Of a stretch of DNA of 64,000 nucleotides, positions 62,186 to 64,000 are shown in pieces (the stretch's first letter is position 1; every line of letters starts with the position of its first letter). The DNA is from Auanema rhodensis (lineage: Eukaryota; Animalia; Nematoda). Below the pieces are notes generated by a model. It searched no databases and was not told the DNA's origin. It saw nothing but the letters and a program-made list of their open reading frames with translations. Made by a program: the position numbers and the translations under genes. The stretch spans positions 15,686,001 through 15,750,000 of the forward strand of contig OZ059898.1 of the NCBI GenBank assembly GCA_964057225.1. Reading direction: 5' to 3'.

Positions 62186-64000
62186 ATGGACTCGTTATAT
62201 TTGAATACTCCTAAACCTTTTACCAAATATCCCACTGGCTATAGGCCAGTAAACTCAAGTTTAGCTGGTGCTCGTCGTTTCGGCAGTGTATCGTCGTTGA
62301 GCAATAATTACAATTTTAATGATTGCTCACCAAATCAGCAGCATCATCACTCAACGTCCTATCATCAACAGTATAGTCCCAATAACCCGAATTCTTTTGC
62401 GGAAGTGACTTCTCAGAGCAGCAAAAGCTATCGCTATGGTAGTGTTGGACCCTATGGTGAAATGCCTCAGGATAATAGCGCTCTTTCATCTAGAGCTGCT
62501 TCGCCACAGAGATACATCTTCCCACAAACACCAAATCTACTCGAAAGCTCAGTAATTCACAGTGAAGTTCCACGAACAATGACAGGTGAAGAATTTCTTG
62601 AAAAACTTCGTCGACAAAAAGAAGAAATCGAGCGTACGCTATCCAAGCCTTTGGTCTCCAGTTACATTCAATCACCTCCTCCCTATGGATCCGAAGAGTG
62701 TTCCCCTATGATGAAGGCCAACTTTCATGTTCATGATAACATGCCAAATCACGATTCTCGCTTCTACACTAACTCAGCTCCAACACCGTTGTTCAAAACT
62801 CGATCAGAATCAGTAATAGATTATGACAGAAAATCTTATCCACATATTTCTCCAATGAATGATCAAAAGATGTGTTCTTCATTTAATGGCCAATTTCATA
62901 ATTCTGATCAATTCTCTCCTCCACAACATTTTAATCGTTTGAGTATGCCACCTCCTCCTACTCGTTCGATTGATGATCAAAATCTTCACTGTGAATCTAA
63001 CTGGATGACCCATCCCCCTCCACCTATCAATATGGATCCAAAGCCACATCGGAAGGATTTCAACGGAAACTATGGAGATTCACTTTCATTTAATTTAAAT
63101 GAATCGTTCAAAAATGGACAAACAATTGTTCCTATTAAGCTGGATGATGATAGAATTTTGAAGATTTATGCTCCTCAAATACAACCACAGAATGATGCTG
63201 TTTCTTCTCCTCTAAATATCAAGACTGGTCAACACACACCTGTTTCTAATCCATTGCTTCCGGCATCTGTTCCAAGAGAAGTTAAACCATTTGAGTCAAA
63301 TAGTTATCCTACTTCACCTTACGATTTACGATTTGAACCGTCATCTGATAATGGACCTACATGGAACAGTCCGGTTTCTGCTCCAAATTCTTTTATCCAA
63401 CCTCCACCTCCAAAATACCACCAGCACAACCCTCGGGCAGATTCTACAACCAGCCGATCTATGAGAGTTGGTAGTGTTCAAGATGTTAGCCGAGATAGTT
63501 ATATAGCGAAGGATTATGACAGCAACAATTTCCCAGAAATACCATTAAGTGTGCGGGAAAATAACATACCTGTCGTTTCGCAGCGAACCCGACCTTCACC
63601 ATTTAATTCGCGCCTGGATGAACCTAGCAGAAGAGATTCTTTCTTTGGTCCCGTATCTTCAAAAGTATTTCCAGGTCACAGCCGAATTAACGGCTTCATA
63701 AATGATTCTACACAAGCTTCAGCAGGAACATTCCAACAGGTGGAGCAAACACGAACATCAGCACCCAAGGAGAGATCCTTTGCTATTGTTTCCCGACCAA
63801 GCTCTCCTCCTGTTTCTGTGGAAAGCACAACACGAACGATTCCTAACCATACATTGCGCCAAAGAGATTTTTCCCCTTCCCGAATGAACGAACGACCTTT
63901 TACCTTATCTTCACCGACACAAGAGCCCAGCTCCCCACGATCTATCAGCTTCAGCCCGACGAACTCAATTACAACAAGAAGCTTGGGTTCTCCTATGTCA
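62186..64000 (+). CDS. Partial gene: single long Pro/Ser-rich exon of 605 codons, open at the window end
   Basis: ACAG|AATG start, then MDSLYLNTPKPFTKYPTGYRP... with no stop through 64000. It is absent from the ORF track because it lacks a stop. Confidence 0.85.
   Translation, partial: MDSLYLNTPKPFTKYPTGYRPVNSSLAGARRFGSVSSLSNNYNFNDCSPNQQHHHSTSYHQQYSPNNPNSFAEVTSQSSKSYRYGSVGPYGEMPQDNSALSSRAASPQRYIFPQTPNLLESSVIHSEVPRTMTGEEFLEKLRRQKEEIERTLSKPLVSSYIQSPPPYGSEECSPMMKANFHVHDNMPNHDSRFYTNSAPTPLFKTRSESVIDYDRKSYPHISPMNDQKMCSSFNGQFHNSDQFSPPQHFNRLSMPPPPTRSIDDQNLHCESNWMTHPPPPINMDPKPHRKDFNGNYGDSLSFNLNESFKNGQTIVPIKLDDDRILKIYAPQIQPQNDAVSSPLNIKTGQHTPVSNPLLPASVPREVKPFESNSYPTSPYDLRFEPSSDNGPTWNSPVSAPNSFIQPPPPKYHQHNPRADSTTSRSMRVGSVQDVSRDSYIAKDYDSNNFPEIPLSVRENNIPVVSQRTRPSPFNSRLDEPSRRDSFFGPVSSKVFPGHSRINGFINDSTQASAGTFQQVEQTRTSAPKERSFAIVSRPSSPPVSVESTTRTIPNHTLRQRDFSPSRMNERPFTLSSPTQEPSSPRSISFSPTNSITTRSLGSPMS

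Noticed and set aside
62490-63887. Track ORFs 62490-62675 (-) and 63702-63887 (+)
   Set aside because: Shadow frames of the long plus-strand exon starting at 62186.

Overview
AT-rich (about 30% GC by eye), intron-dense eukaryotic DNA with mostly 40-55 nt introns, TTTCAG-type acceptors and acceptors sitting just before start codons. This fits a rhabditid nematode with trans-splicing and operons; the species cannot be named from the sequence. The ORF track mostly shows exon fragments or noise, so genes were assembled by hand across splice sites and boundaries are approximate. Sixteen coding genes are supported: an SLC17-like MFS transporter, tripeptidyl peptidase II, hsp-43, endophilin-B (erp-1), LCMT1, EMC4, TMEM164, a Ly6/uPAR-type surface protein, 6-phosphogluconolactonase, exosome subunit RRP4, an unidentified Q/Y/G-rich RGG protein, a 7-finger zinc-finger protein, a CHRAC1-like histone-fold protein, cytochrome b5, a PARP2-type PARP, and a long Pro/Ser-rich exon running off the window end. 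Most notable observations: tandem WWE domains on the WGR-type PARP; a disordered RGG protein with miR-35, miR-34 and miR-236 seed sites downstream; cryptic isoforms (possible mitochondrial TPP2, three HSP-43 C-termini, SH3-less endophilin B, a dual-acceptor microexon); a PTS1 on the lactonase; two GC-AG introns; and several orphan hairpin-forming segments. No rRNA, complete tRNA, CRISPR array or intact transposon was seen. No database searches or folding programs were run.
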